NCBI GenBank assembly: GCA_964236955.1
Contig: CAXSGP010000129.1
Coordinates: forward strand, 1 to 11,653
DNA length: 11,653 bases
Reading direction: 5' to 3'
From: an uncultured Oligoflexus sp.
GTDB taxonomy: Bacteria; Bdellovibrionota_B; Oligoflexia; Oligoflexales; Oligoflexaceae
Shown: one piece after another, positions 1-7,770 of the stretch
Layout of the letters: each line of letters opens with the position of its first letter
How positions within the stretch are numbered: position 1 is the stretch's first letter
The notes under the pieces: generated by a model
What the model was told of the DNA's origin: nothing
The model's input: only the letters and a program-made list of their open reading frames with translations
Databases searched by the model: none
Program-made: the position numbers and the translations under genes

Positions 1-1981
1 CGGCTGGACGATCGATCATCTGCGGGAATTAAGCGCCATAGATCTCTGGTTCCTTTCCAACCTCCGTTCGATGATGGAGACCGAGAAAGAAATCGCAAAA
101 TATGGCAGCAGCGCGGAAAAGGCCGATCGCGTCGATCTGATGATTCTCTACAGTCTGGGCCCGGTGAAGGCTGAGACGTGGAAACGCTGGAAGATCCAAG
201 GCTTCGGAGATGAACAGATCGCCGGACTGGTACTGCGTGGCAAAGGGCTGAATGCCGACGCTCTTTGCAAGGCCTCGCTGGCGGTTCGAAAACTCAGACT
301 TGAGCACAATGTGCGGCCTGTGGTGAAAAAGATTGATACCACGGCAGGTGAATATCCTTCGCCTTCGAATTACCTCTATTTGACTTATGGCGGAAGCTTT
401 AGCGATCCCCTACCCGAAGATAATAAAGTCTTTTCCGCAGTGGTCCTGGGCGGAGGTTCCTATCGCATTGGAACCTCTGTGGAATTTGATTGGTGCGCTG
501 TCAGTTGCTCGCGCAAACTGCAGGAATCCGGCTGGCGCAGCATTATCGTCAACTGCAATCCGGAAACCGTGTCGACGGACTACAACAGCAGTGATCGCCT
601 CTACTTTGAAGAACTTTCCGTCGAGCGCATCCTTGACATCACCGATATCGAGCGTCCGGTTGGGATCATCTGTTCGATGGGTGGCCAATTGCCAAACCGT
701 TTGGCTAAGCCTTTGTCCGAAGCCGGTCTGAAACTTTTGGGCCATCGCGCGGATTCGATCGATACGGCCGAGGACAGGGCAAGGTTTTCGGCGCTGCTCG
801 ATAAGCTTGAAATCGGCCAACCGCGTTGGGTTGCAGCCACGGGCAAAGACGAGATTCAAAAATTTATAGCCGACGTCGGCTTTCCGGTTCTGATACGTCC
901 CAGCTATGTGCTGTCGGGTGCCGCGATGAGTGTGGCCTATGATGATGAATCCTTGCAGTACTGTCTCACTCAAGCCAGCGATATATCTCCGGATCATCCA
1001 GTCGTGATTTCAGAGTTTATCGTCGGGGCCCGGGAGATCGAGCTTGATGGTGTGGCCAAGAATGGAGAGATCCTCACGGCTATTGTCAGCGAGCATATCG
1101 AAAACGCAGGGGTTCACTCCGGTGATGCGACCCTTGTCGTTCCAGCTCAAAGACTTTATGTGGAAACGGTTCGTCGGGTGAAACGGGCTGGGCGGGCGAT
1201 CGCTCAGGGTCTCCATCTTAACGGTCCTTTCAATATGCAGTTCCTGGCCAAAGAAAATGAAATCAAGGTCATTGAATGCAACGCGCGTGCGGCTCGATCC
1301 TTTCCGTTCGTGTCTAAGGCCGTCGGTCTCAATCTGGCCGATGTGGCAACGGATGTGATGATTGGTGTCAAACCTAATCTTTCACGCTTCAATGAAGATG
1401 AGCTGCCTTATGTCGGCGTAAAGGCCGCTATGTTCAGCTTTAAGCGCTTGGGTGGCGCTGACCCTATTCTTGGGGTAGAGATGGCTTCTACAGGCGAAGT
1501 AGGCTGCATTGGTGAGAACGTGGATCAGGCCCTCCTGCTGGCGATGGAAGCGTCTGGCGTTTTCAGGCCCAAAAAGGGCGTACTGGTGAGTTCCGGCAGT
1601 GAAAAGGAAAAACTGCGCTTTCTGCCGGCCGCACGCACTTTGGTAGCTCTCAATATTCCTCTCTATGGAACGCCGGGGACCGCCCAATACCTGCGGGATC
1701 ATGGCATTCCCGTGACCTCGCTGGCGTGGCCGGATGAGGATAAGTTTGATGTGATCAAAGCTGTGAAAGAGGGAATGGTTGACTTTGTGATTAACATTCC
1801 CAAGGACATTCAGCGCAAAGAGTTGACACGTGGCTCACTCGTTCGCCAGGCAGCCGTCAAATTTGGCTGTTCGCTCCTGACCAACATGGAAATAGTGACG
1901 GCTTATGTGCACGCCTTGGAACGTTGCCCAGACTTCTTATCGCGTCACAAAGTTATTTCACTTCCTAGTTTTCGTTCTTAA
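1..1981 (+). CDS. carB: Carbamoyl-phosphate synthase large subunit, 3' part (5'-truncated by the window edge)
   Basis: The frame is open from position 2 (GWTIDHLRELSAIDLWFL..., the oligomerisation-domain 'IDxWFL' motif), so the ATG at 71 is internal. Motifs: IDTTAGEYP, YRIGTSVEFDWC, NCNPETVSTDY..SDRLYFEE, RPSYVLSGAAM, EHIENAGVHSGDA, EMASTGEV, and a C-terminal MGS-like domain. Stop TAA at 1979-1981. Confidence 0.97.
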   Translation, partial: GWTIDHLRELSAIDLWFLSNLRSMMETEKEIAKYGSSAEKADRVDLMILYSLGPVKAETWKRWKIQGFGDEQIAGLVLRGKGLNADALCKASLAVRKLRLEHNVRPVVKKIDTTAGEYPSPSNYLYLTYGGSFSDPLPEDNKVFSAVVLGGGSYRIGTSVEFDWCAVSCSRKLQESGWRSIIVNCNPETVSTDYNSSDRLYFEELSVERILDITDIERPVGIICSMGGQLPNRLAKPLSEAGLKLLGHRADSIDTAEDRARFSALLDKLEIGQPRWVAATGKDEIQKFIADVGFPVLIRPSYVLSGAAMSVAYDDESLQYCLTQASDISPDHPVVISEFIVGAREIELDGVAKNGEILTAIVSEHIENAGVHSGDATLVVPAQRLYVETVRRVKRAGRAIAQGLHLNGPFNMQFLAKENEIKVIECNARAARSFPFVSKAVGLNLADVATDVMIGVKPNLSRFNEDELPYVGVKAAMFSFKRLGGADPILGVEMASTGEVGCIGENVDQALLLAMEASGVFRPKKGVLVSSGSEKEKLRFLPAARTLVALNIPLYGTPGTAQYLRDHGIPVTSLAWPDEDKFDVIKAVKEGMVDFVINIPKDIQRKELTRGSLVRQAAVKFGCSLLTNMEIVTAYVHALERCPDFLSRHKVISLPSFRS

Positions 1982-1990
1982 GCGGCCGAA

Positions 1991-2008
1991 AGGGGCTAGC
2001 TAGCCCCT
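1991..2008. terminator. Perfect 18-bp palindrome AGGGGCTAGCTAGCCCCT just after the carB stop; probable terminator or mRNA-stabilising hairpin
   Basis: Self-complementary 18-mer starting 10 nt after the stop, extendable by GGCCGA/CGGTC flanks. The downstream U tract is weak (TCTCTT). Confidence 0.55.
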
Positions 2009-2055
2009 CGGTCTCTTGCCATTTTACTGAAAAATTCCAGCTTTAGGATTCTATG

Positions 2056-2086
2056 TTGACTTTTTAGGGTTTGGATTTTATAGACT
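2056..2086 (+). promoter_or_regulatory. Putative sigma70 promoter of the tRNA
   Basis: TTGACT (2056-2061), 17-nt spacer, TATAGA (2079-2084); an alternative -10 is TAGACT at 2081-2086. It lies just upstream of the tRNA 5' end. Confidence 0.5.
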
Positions 2087-2101
2087 ATAACCCAAGTGAA
2101 T

Positions 2102-2175
2102 GGCGAGGTAGCTCAGCTGGTTAGAGCGCATGATTCATAATCATGAGGTCGGTGGTTCAAGCCCACTTCTCGCTA
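2102..2175 (+). tRNA. tRNA-Met (CAT), probably elongator; CCA not encoded
   Basis: Cloverleaf: acceptor GGCGAGG/TCTCGCT, D arm GCTC-AGCTGGTTA-GAGC, anticodon arm CATGA-TTCATAA-TCATG, T arm GGTGG-TTCAAGC-CCACT, discriminator A. It lacks initiator features (C1:A72 mismatch, GGG/CCC anticodon stem) and the C4-G69/C5-G68 pairs of tRNA-Ile2. Confidence 0.95.
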
Positions 2176-2268
2176 CTCTTCTAACCTTCGGGTTTATTTA
2201 GTAAAATTAACGATGAAATCCCTTCTTTTCCGCTTAGCCAAATTGCTTAGAACGGTTATCCGATCCAG

Positions 2269-2301
2269 CCTTCTGTTAGTTCTTAACAGAGGGATTTTTT
2301 T
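2269..2301 (+). terminator. Intrinsic terminator downstream of tRNA-Met
   Basis: Hairpin CCTTCTGTTA-GTTCT-TAACAGAGGG followed by A and a T7 tract (2295-2301). Confidence 0.7.
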
Positions 2302-2530
2302 ATGAGTTCAAAGCAGATGAAGTTGCCCCGGTAAATAGCGATCGGACTTAATTTTGGCATTTCGAGGGTTTTAACTATCTGGGAATAGGGCTGAACATCG
2401 TTTTCAAACTGTGAAACCGGCAGCATTGGCTTTCAGGTCCCGCATCCTGGCGCAAAGGACAATGATCAGGAGTTGACTTCTCAGAACCGAAAGTCTAATT
2501 CAAGCTGATAACGAGGCCCGGAGATGACTT

Positions 2531-2749
2531 ATGATTAGACTTTTACAAGCTGTCCGCATCGTCTGCATTGTTTTTGCCTTATTAGTCATCGCTAGCAGCT
2601 TGATATGGACAGCGATGAACCAGCCGGTTCCCTTTACCCTCATGCAGCGTCTGGCGCTTGCACTTCCCTTACTCGCGATCTTCAACGTGGCAACGACTTA
2701 CCTTAAGAAACATCCGTCAGCAGGCCTCGAACCCAAAGATCTCGCGTAG
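2531..2749 (+). CDS. Small hypothetical membrane protein (72 aa, two hydrophobic segments)
   Basis: GGAGA upstream of the ATG; hydrophobic stretches IVCIVFALLVIASSLIWTAM and LALALPLLAIFNVATTYL; hairpin downstream. Confidence 0.55.
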   Translation: MIRLLQAVRIVCIVFALLVIASSLIWTAMNQPVPFTLMQRLALALPLLAIFNVATTYLKKHPSAGLEPKDLA

Positions 2750-2774
2750 CCCCTCTTGCCATAATTTTCAATAA

Positions 2775-2812
2775 AATAAAGGCAGCCTTCTTCTTCAAGA
2801 CTGCCTATTATT
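2775..2812. terminator. Likely bidirectional terminator between convergent genes
   Basis: AGGCAG (2780-2785) pairs with CTGCCT (2801-2806), with A-rich 5' and T-rich 3' flanks that also pair. Confidence 0.55.
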
Positions 2813-2894
2813 GCGAGCGCTATTATTTAATATTTGCCAGAGGGAATGGCAGCAGAGCCTAGACCTACGACCTTTCCCTTGCCTTTAGCCGCCT

Positions 2895-3671
2895 TTAATA
2901 GGCGATCTTAAGCTCTTCATTAATGGGAATTTCCGATGTTTTTGGGATCTTGATCATGCCAAGCTTCTCAGCTGCGATGCAAAGCCAGTAGCCCATATCG
3001 AGTTCGCCTGGCTTGACAGCAAAGTTTGCAGCAAAGGGACGTGAGTGGTGATTGTTTTGATAGCCTTCACCAAAGACCAAATAGGCGACAAAGAGGTTGT
3101 TCTTGGAGTTATCCGCACTCTCAAAGTTTCGGTAGCCCGAGTGGTGAGCGATGGAGTTGACCATCCAGCCCTGAATCGGGTGGCTCATGATGCCAAGGTA
3201 ATAACCGGCGGCGACCCAGGTGCTGCCAAAGAAATAACCAAGAGCCACTGAAATTACGATATGAAGAAGGTAGGGGAGGTACCAGACCTTTTTACGATTG
3301 AGAAAATTCACATCAAATTTAATATCGGCGACGACATCCGTATAGTGCTTATCACCACGCTTGAGCTTGCCCAGAATTCGTTCATAGGAACGAAGCTGTC
3401 CTAACATTACACCAAATATACCGTAGTGAACGGGGCTATGGGGGTCATGCTCAGTATCGGAATGCAAATGATGCAGGCGGTGCATACACGCCCATGCCTT
3501 AGGATCGATGCCAGTCAACCAGTTGCCGGTCAAAGCCAGGAACTTTTCAGTGCCCGGGCTCATTACAATCGCTCTATGGGTAAGTCCACGATGGTAAAGT
3601 ACGGTAATGTAAAAGGCATTAATTAAGTAACCAAGGAGAAAGACTAGAACTGTGACCCAAAATGTCGACAT
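2895..3671 (-). CDS. Membrane fatty-acid desaturase (delta-9 acyl-CoA/acyl-lipid desaturase-like)
   Basis: His boxes YHRGLTH, HRLHH and GEGYQNNHH; also DPHSP, VNSIAH..GYRNF and D.GYW motifs; hydrophobic segments; RBS AGAGGT upstream. Confidence 0.92.
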   Translation of the reverse strand: MSTFWVTVLVFLLGYLINAFYITVLYHRGLTHRAIVMSPGTEKFLALTGNWLTGIDPKAWACMHRLHHLHSDTEHDPHSPVHYGIFGVMLGQLRSYERILGKLKRGDKHYTDVVADIKFDVNFLNRKKVWYLPYLLHIVISVALGYFFGSTWVAAGYYLGIMSHPIQGWMVNSIAHHSGYRNFESADNSKNNLFVAYLVFGEGYQNNHHSRPFAANFAVKPGELDMGYWLCIAAEKLGMIKIPKTSEIPINEELKIAY

Positions 3672-3720
3672 AGCTAACCTCTACTTTTTCCGTCAAATGG
3701 CTATTACAAGCGCTGACTTT

Positions 3721-3744
3721 TTCACTATACACCTGTTTAGTGAA
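3721..3744. promoter_or_regulatory. Putative FabR/DesT-type operator
   Basis: Inverted repeat TTCACTA-TAC-ACCT-GTT-TAGTGAA between the divergent desaturase and TetR genes. The core TACAnnTGTT resembles FabR-family operators. Confidence 0.7.
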
Positions 3745-3831
3745 CGCACAAGCTTATTTTTTATGGGCCTTATTTAGCTGGATTTAAGCTGAGGAAATGA
3801 CTAATAGTCCTTATACTGAAAGGGACTGACG

Positions 3832-4458
3832 ATGACCATACGCTCCTCCATGAAGCAACAGAACCGTCGCCGTCTGATAGATTCGGCACTTGAGCTGAGC
3901 GCGGCCAAAGGGTTTTCGACTCTTAGCCTTAGGGAAGTGACTCAAGCAGCTGGACTGTCTCCGGCTGCCTTCTATGGCCATTTTCGCGATATGGAAGATC
4001 TGGGGCTTTCCCTGCTTGATGAGGTGGGTCTGAGCCTAAGACGTATGCTCCGGCAGGCCCGTATCCGAACCGGCGAAAACCGGAGTGCAGCCAAAGCATC
4101 AGTCGCTGTCTTTCTCGAATATGTAAATGACAATAAAAACCTCTTTCGCCTCTTCCTGGGTGAGCGTCAGGGAGCCAGCACCATCTTTCGCAAAGCCATT
4201 CATGCTGAAATCGATCGCTTTGTGATTGAATTCACCGAGGCTCTCGAAACCTCCGCAAAGGCCTCTGGCCTGCCCTTGGCATCGATTCCTTTTGCGGCGG
4301 AGGCAATCGTTGCCGTCGTTTTCACTGTGGGTGCGGAAGCGCTGGATCTGCCGAAGCATAAGCAGGCTAATCTCGGCATCCGGCTGGTCGAAGAAGTTAA
4401 GATCATACTTCGGGGTGCCCTATTTGGCACAAAGGGTCGACCTCAGCGTCCTGAATAA
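3832..4458 (+). CDS. fabR: TetR-family transcriptional regulator, FabR/DesT-like
   Basis: N-terminal HTH LSLREVTQAAGLSPAAFYGHFRDMEDLGLSLLDEVGLSLRRMLRQAR and FRLFLGERQG..FRKAI, both typical of FabR/DesT. It is divergent from a desaturase. Confidence 0.85.
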   Translation: MTIRSSMKQQNRRRLIDSALELSAAKGFSTLSLREVTQAAGLSPAAFYGHFRDMEDLGLSLLDEVGLSLRRMLRQARIRTGENRSAAKASVAVFLEYVNDNKNLFRLFLGERQGASTIFRKAIHAEIDRFVIEFTEALETSAKASGLPLASIPFAAEAIVAVVFTVGAEALDLPKHKQANLGIRLVEEVKIILRGALFGTKGRPQRPE

Positions 4459-4719
4459 AAGGGAATGACTTGGTCATACTTACGCCTGGACGCTTCCGAT
4501 TCAAACCCTGCCGTAATTATTGAGCATTGACAATGCCTGGCCCCTATTCCAAAAAAATCAAAATTTTGTCAGGCTGACAGTCAGTGTCAAAGCGTTAGCC
4601 ATCGCCATCAGTCCTCATGAAAGCCTAAATATCTGTTTGCATTCCTAAAATTATAAGGCACAGACTGGTTTAAAAATTGCTTAGCAAGGGATATCCGTGG
4701 TTCCCTGGTTGAGGTGCTC

Positions 4720-5367
4720 ATGACAATTTCCAAAGTATTATTAATCTGCCCTATATTCCTGGCCTTGGCGTGTGGCGAACAAAAGAAATTTGGCGGCGAG
4801 GTGGCTTCAAAGCAACTTCCAGCGGCTGTTGAAACTCCTGTCTCGTCGCCCGACGAAACAGTAAAACCGGCTGTGCCTCTGCCACCCGTACCTTCCGCCT
4901 GCAGTGCAAATAAAGGCAACATTACCAAAGCCAGCTCGCTTTCAACCGGGATTAATCTGGGACAAAGCAACCAAACCCTTCGTTACGAGCTATCCGTCAT
5001 CAACTGTAAGGACGGTTCCATCGTTCCCATCAAGGATCAGGCTCTGGCCTTTGATTTGAATCTACAAACTCAAAACGGTTACAAAGCTATCACCTATTCC
5101 GTCCTTGATCCGGTGTCAGGCTCCAGAATATCGGCCGGTGATCTGGAAACGGTACAGGGCAGTGACTTGTTCGGCCACACCGGCGAATACGGTCATTGGG
5201 TAACGAAAGGCCTTAGCTATTCCACGAATCTTGATAAGGTGGTCCTTGAGATCAACTTAAAAGATATTGACCTCACGACGACTGATTTATCCGCGACGAG
5301 TGCTGAAAGTTACCTGCAGGTAGGTGATTCAACTGCGGTAACTCAAACCCTGAAGATCTTGGACTAA
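4720..5367 (+). CDS. Hypothetical exported lipoprotein
   Basis: ATG at 4720 follows GAGG (the track start is GTG 4714). Signal peptide ends ...IFLALAC, followed by a Pro-rich linker and a beta-rich region with two Cys; terminator downstream. Confidence 0.75.
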   Translation: MTISKVLLICPIFLALACGEQKKFGGEVASKQLPAAVETPVSSPDETVKPAVPLPPVPSACSANKGNITKASSLSTGINLGQSNQTLRYELSVINCKDGSIVPIKDQALAFDLNLQTQNGYKAITYSVLDPVSGSRISAGDLETVQGSDLFGHTGEYGHWVTKGLSYSTNLDKVVLEINLKDIDLTTTDLSATSAESYLQVGDSTAVTQTLKILD

Positions 5368-5401
5368 AAATTCGAGACCTCCCGGAATTTAAACTTGCTT
5401 C

Positions 5402-5432
5402 GCCCGGGCTATTCTTAGCCGGGGCTTTTTTT
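5402..5432 (+). terminator. Intrinsic terminator
   Basis: GCCCGGGCTA-TTCT-TAGCCGGGGC (one mismatch) followed by T7. Confidence 0.85.
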
Positions 5433-5499
5433 CGCATACAATTCTCCAGAAGATAGCTGCGGCTGCCGATTGCTGCCAAGACGATTCCCGTATCAGGAT

Positions 5500-6861
5500 C
5501 TAAGCTCGAAAAATTGTTTTGATATTTGTGAACTCCCGCAGCCCATAATACGAAAGCTCACGGCCATGGCCCGATTCTTTGATGCCACCGAAAGGAAGGC
5601 GGGCATCTGATTTTACCAGGGCATTGATAAACACCGAACCTGCCTCAATCTGAGTGGCGAGTTGCTCGGCCCTGGGTATGTTCTGACTGAAAATAGCGGC
5701 ACCCAAACCAAAGTTGGATCGATTGGCCAGATCGATGGCCTCGATTTCGTCGTTTGCTTCGATAATGGCCGCGACCGGCCCAAAGAGTTCCTCATCAAAG
5801 GCAGGCATACCAGGCTCGACATTGGTGAGGATAGTAGGGGGATAGTAAGCGCCAGGCGAATCCTCATCAATCGCTCCGCCGATACTAAGTCTAGCCCCGG
5901 CCGCGACGCTTCTCTTCACCTGCTCATGCAGTTGATCGCGAAGGTCCTGGCGAGCCTGCGGCCCCATCGTGTTGTGAGGATCCCGGGGATCACCCCATTT
6001 TACTTTCTTAAATTCGTCTAGCATCGCCGCTTCAAATTGTTTGATAATTGTTTTATCGACGATAAACCGCTTGGCTGCGATGCAGCTCTGCCCACCGTTG
6101 ATGAGCCGGCTCTTCGTGCATAGTTCCGCAGCTCTCTTCACATCGGCGTCAGCAAGAACGAGATAGGGGTCGCTTCCGCCCAGTTCAAGGACACACTTTT
6201 TTAAATATTTTCCAGCAGCCGCGGCGACGGCTTTACCGGCGGGCGTACTCCCGGTGATCGTAACCGCTTTGATAATGGGATGCGCTATCAATTTTTCCAC
6301 GTCCTTGCCGGCAACAAGGAGACTGGAAAATACATGCTTGGGAAAGCCGGCCCGTAGGAAAAGATCCTCCAAGGCCAGGCTGCATCCACTTACATTAGAT
6401 GCATGTTTTAGAATGCCGACGTTTCCCGCCAGGAGATTAGGTGCGGCGAAGCGGATGACTTGCCAAAATGGAAAATTCCACGGCATCACAGCTAATAGGG
6501 GGCCGAGGGCTTCGTAGCTGATCCAACTCTTGCTGGCATCGGTCTTGATGAGTTCAGGAGCTAAATACTGAGGGCCCTCGTCTGCATAATATTCGCAGAC
6601 TCCCGCGCACTTTTCGATCTCAGCTTCGCCGTCAACGATGGGTTTGCCCATTTCGTCAGCCATTAGCAAGGCAAGGTCGGCTTTGTTGCGCCGAAGCTGC
6701 AGTGCCAGCGCTTGGAGCATGCGGGACTTATCAGCAAGCGTCACAAGTTTCCAGCTATCAAAACGCTCTTTGGCTGCGGAGAGTGTTGCTTCAATATGAT
6801 TGAGGTCGTGTGGGGTATAGGGACGTATAATTTGGCCGTTGTGAGGATTGATACTTTTCAT
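5500..6861 (-). CDS. NAD(P)-dependent succinate-semialdehyde dehydrogenase (Sad/GabD1-like aldehyde dehydrogenase)
   Basis: MPWNFPFWQVIRFAAP, LKHASNV, ITGSTPAG, LELGGSDP (catalytic Glu), NGGQSCIAAKR (catalytic Cys), EELFGP and PFGGIKESGHGREL; RBS GGAG upstream. Confidence 0.92.
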   Translation of the reverse strand: MKSINPHNGQIIRPYTPHDLNHIEATLSAAKERFDSWKLVTLADKSRMLQALALQLRRNKADLALLMADEMGKPIVDGEAEIEKCAGVCEYYADEGPQYLAPELIKTDASKSWISYEALGPLLAVMPWNFPFWQVIRFAAPNLLAGNVGILKHASNVSGCSLALEDLFLRAGFPKHVFSSLLVAGKDVEKLIAHPIIKAVTITGSTPAGKAVAAAAGKYLKKCVLELGGSDPYLVLADADVKRAAELCTKSRLINGGQSCIAAKRFIVDKTIIKQFEAAMLDEFKKVKWGDPRDPHNTMGPQARQDLRDQLHEQVKRSVAAGARLSIGGAIDEDSPGAYYPPTILTNVEPGMPAFDEELFGPVAAIIEANDEIEAIDLANRSNFGLGAAIFSQNIPRAEQLATQIEAGSVFINALVKSDARLPFGGIKESGHGRELSYYGLREFTNIKTIFRA

Positions 6862-7063
6862 GATTCACTCCTATTGACACTTTGTTCCTTCATTCTTAGG
6901 TCACTTGCCTCCGTCAACCAAGTCCTTTCGAATCACCGGGCAGACGCTGTCGGCTTGCGCAAAGCATGGACTGCGGACGTTTTGCACTTAAAATTCTCTC
7001 TTCTTGGCAATCCATGTCAAGTCCGCTATCTTTAGCCCGAACATCTGAAGCAAGGAGTGAATA

Positions 7064-7543
7064 ATGAAGGGTGACGCTAAAATCATCGAAGCATTGAACG
7101 ATATTCTCACCGGCGAGCTTACCGCAATCAATCAGTACTTTCTCCATGCGCGCATGTGCAAGGACTGGGGCTATGATAAAATCGCCAAGAAGGTCTACCA
7201 CGAATCCATAGACGAGATGAAACACGCCGAGAAGCTGATGGACCGCGTGTTGTTTCTGGAAGGCATTCCAAACGTGCAACGCCTCTTGAAAATCAACATC
7301 GGCGAAAACGTGAAAGAACAATTTGAGAGTGATCTCAAGTTGGAATATGAAGCAGTCGGAAAATTGAAGCTGGCAATTCAGGTGGCTTTTGATGCCAAAG
7401 ATCATACGACGCGTGAACTCTTCGAGAAAATACTGGAAGACGAAGAAAACCATGTTGACTGGCTTGAGACCCAGCTCACGCTGATCGATCAGATAGGATA
7501 TGCCAATTATCTAGCTCAACAGGTTCATGAAGATCCTTCTTGA
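7064..7543 (+). CDS. bfr: Bacterioferritin (heme-binding)
   Basis: MKGD...ELTAINQYFLHARM, ESIDEMKHA (E51, heme ligand M52, H54), FLEGIPN and EENHVDWLETQL; RBS AAGGAG. Confidence 0.97.
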   Translation: MKGDAKIIEALNDILTGELTAINQYFLHARMCKDWGYDKIAKKVYHESIDEMKHAEKLMDRVLFLEGIPNVQRLLKINIGENVKEQFESDLKLEYEAVGKLKLAIQVAFDAKDHTTRELFEKILEDEENHVDWLETQLTLIDQIGYANYLAQQVHEDPS

Positions 7544-7704
7544 TTCATATTCTCCTTCAGCAGCTTTTTTATCTCAGGTAGGCAGGCTCCACATGAGCTT
7601 CCTGCCTGGCATTGCTTTTGCACCTGACGAACCGTGCAATATCCTGTTTCCTGAAGCTTTTCCACAAGCTTCTTATTAATGCCATGGCATAAACAGATGT
7701 ACAT
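7525..7704 (-). CDS. bfd: Bacterioferritin-associated [2Fe-2S] ferredoxin, 59 aa (absent from the ORF track)
   Basis: Manual translation: MYICLCHGINKKLVEKLQETGYCTVRQVQKQCQAGSSCGACLPEIKKLLKENMNQEGSS*. It has the C4-x-C6...C38-x2-C41 Bfd motif, GGGAAG upstream, and lies next to bfr. Confidence 0.92.
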   Translation of the reverse strand: MYICLCHGINKKLVEKLQETGYCTVRQVQKQCQAGSSCGACLPEIKKLLKENMNQEGSS

Positions 7705-7770
7705 GAAATCTTCCCATCAAAGGACTTTGCGTTCCGCTAACGAACCCTTATCGGCAGATTTATACATTAA

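Noticed and set aside
71..73. ATG at 71 as the carB start
   Set aside because: The frame is open to the window edge and encodes conserved CarB sequence upstream, so this Met is internal.
2102..2530. tRNA-Met as an integration site for a genomic island
   Set aside because: No integrase, and I found no duplicate of the tRNA 3' end in the window. The downstream genes look chromosomal.
6914..7453. 179-aa ORF antisense to bfr
   Set aside because: Shadow frame of a conserved gene with no recognisable motifs.
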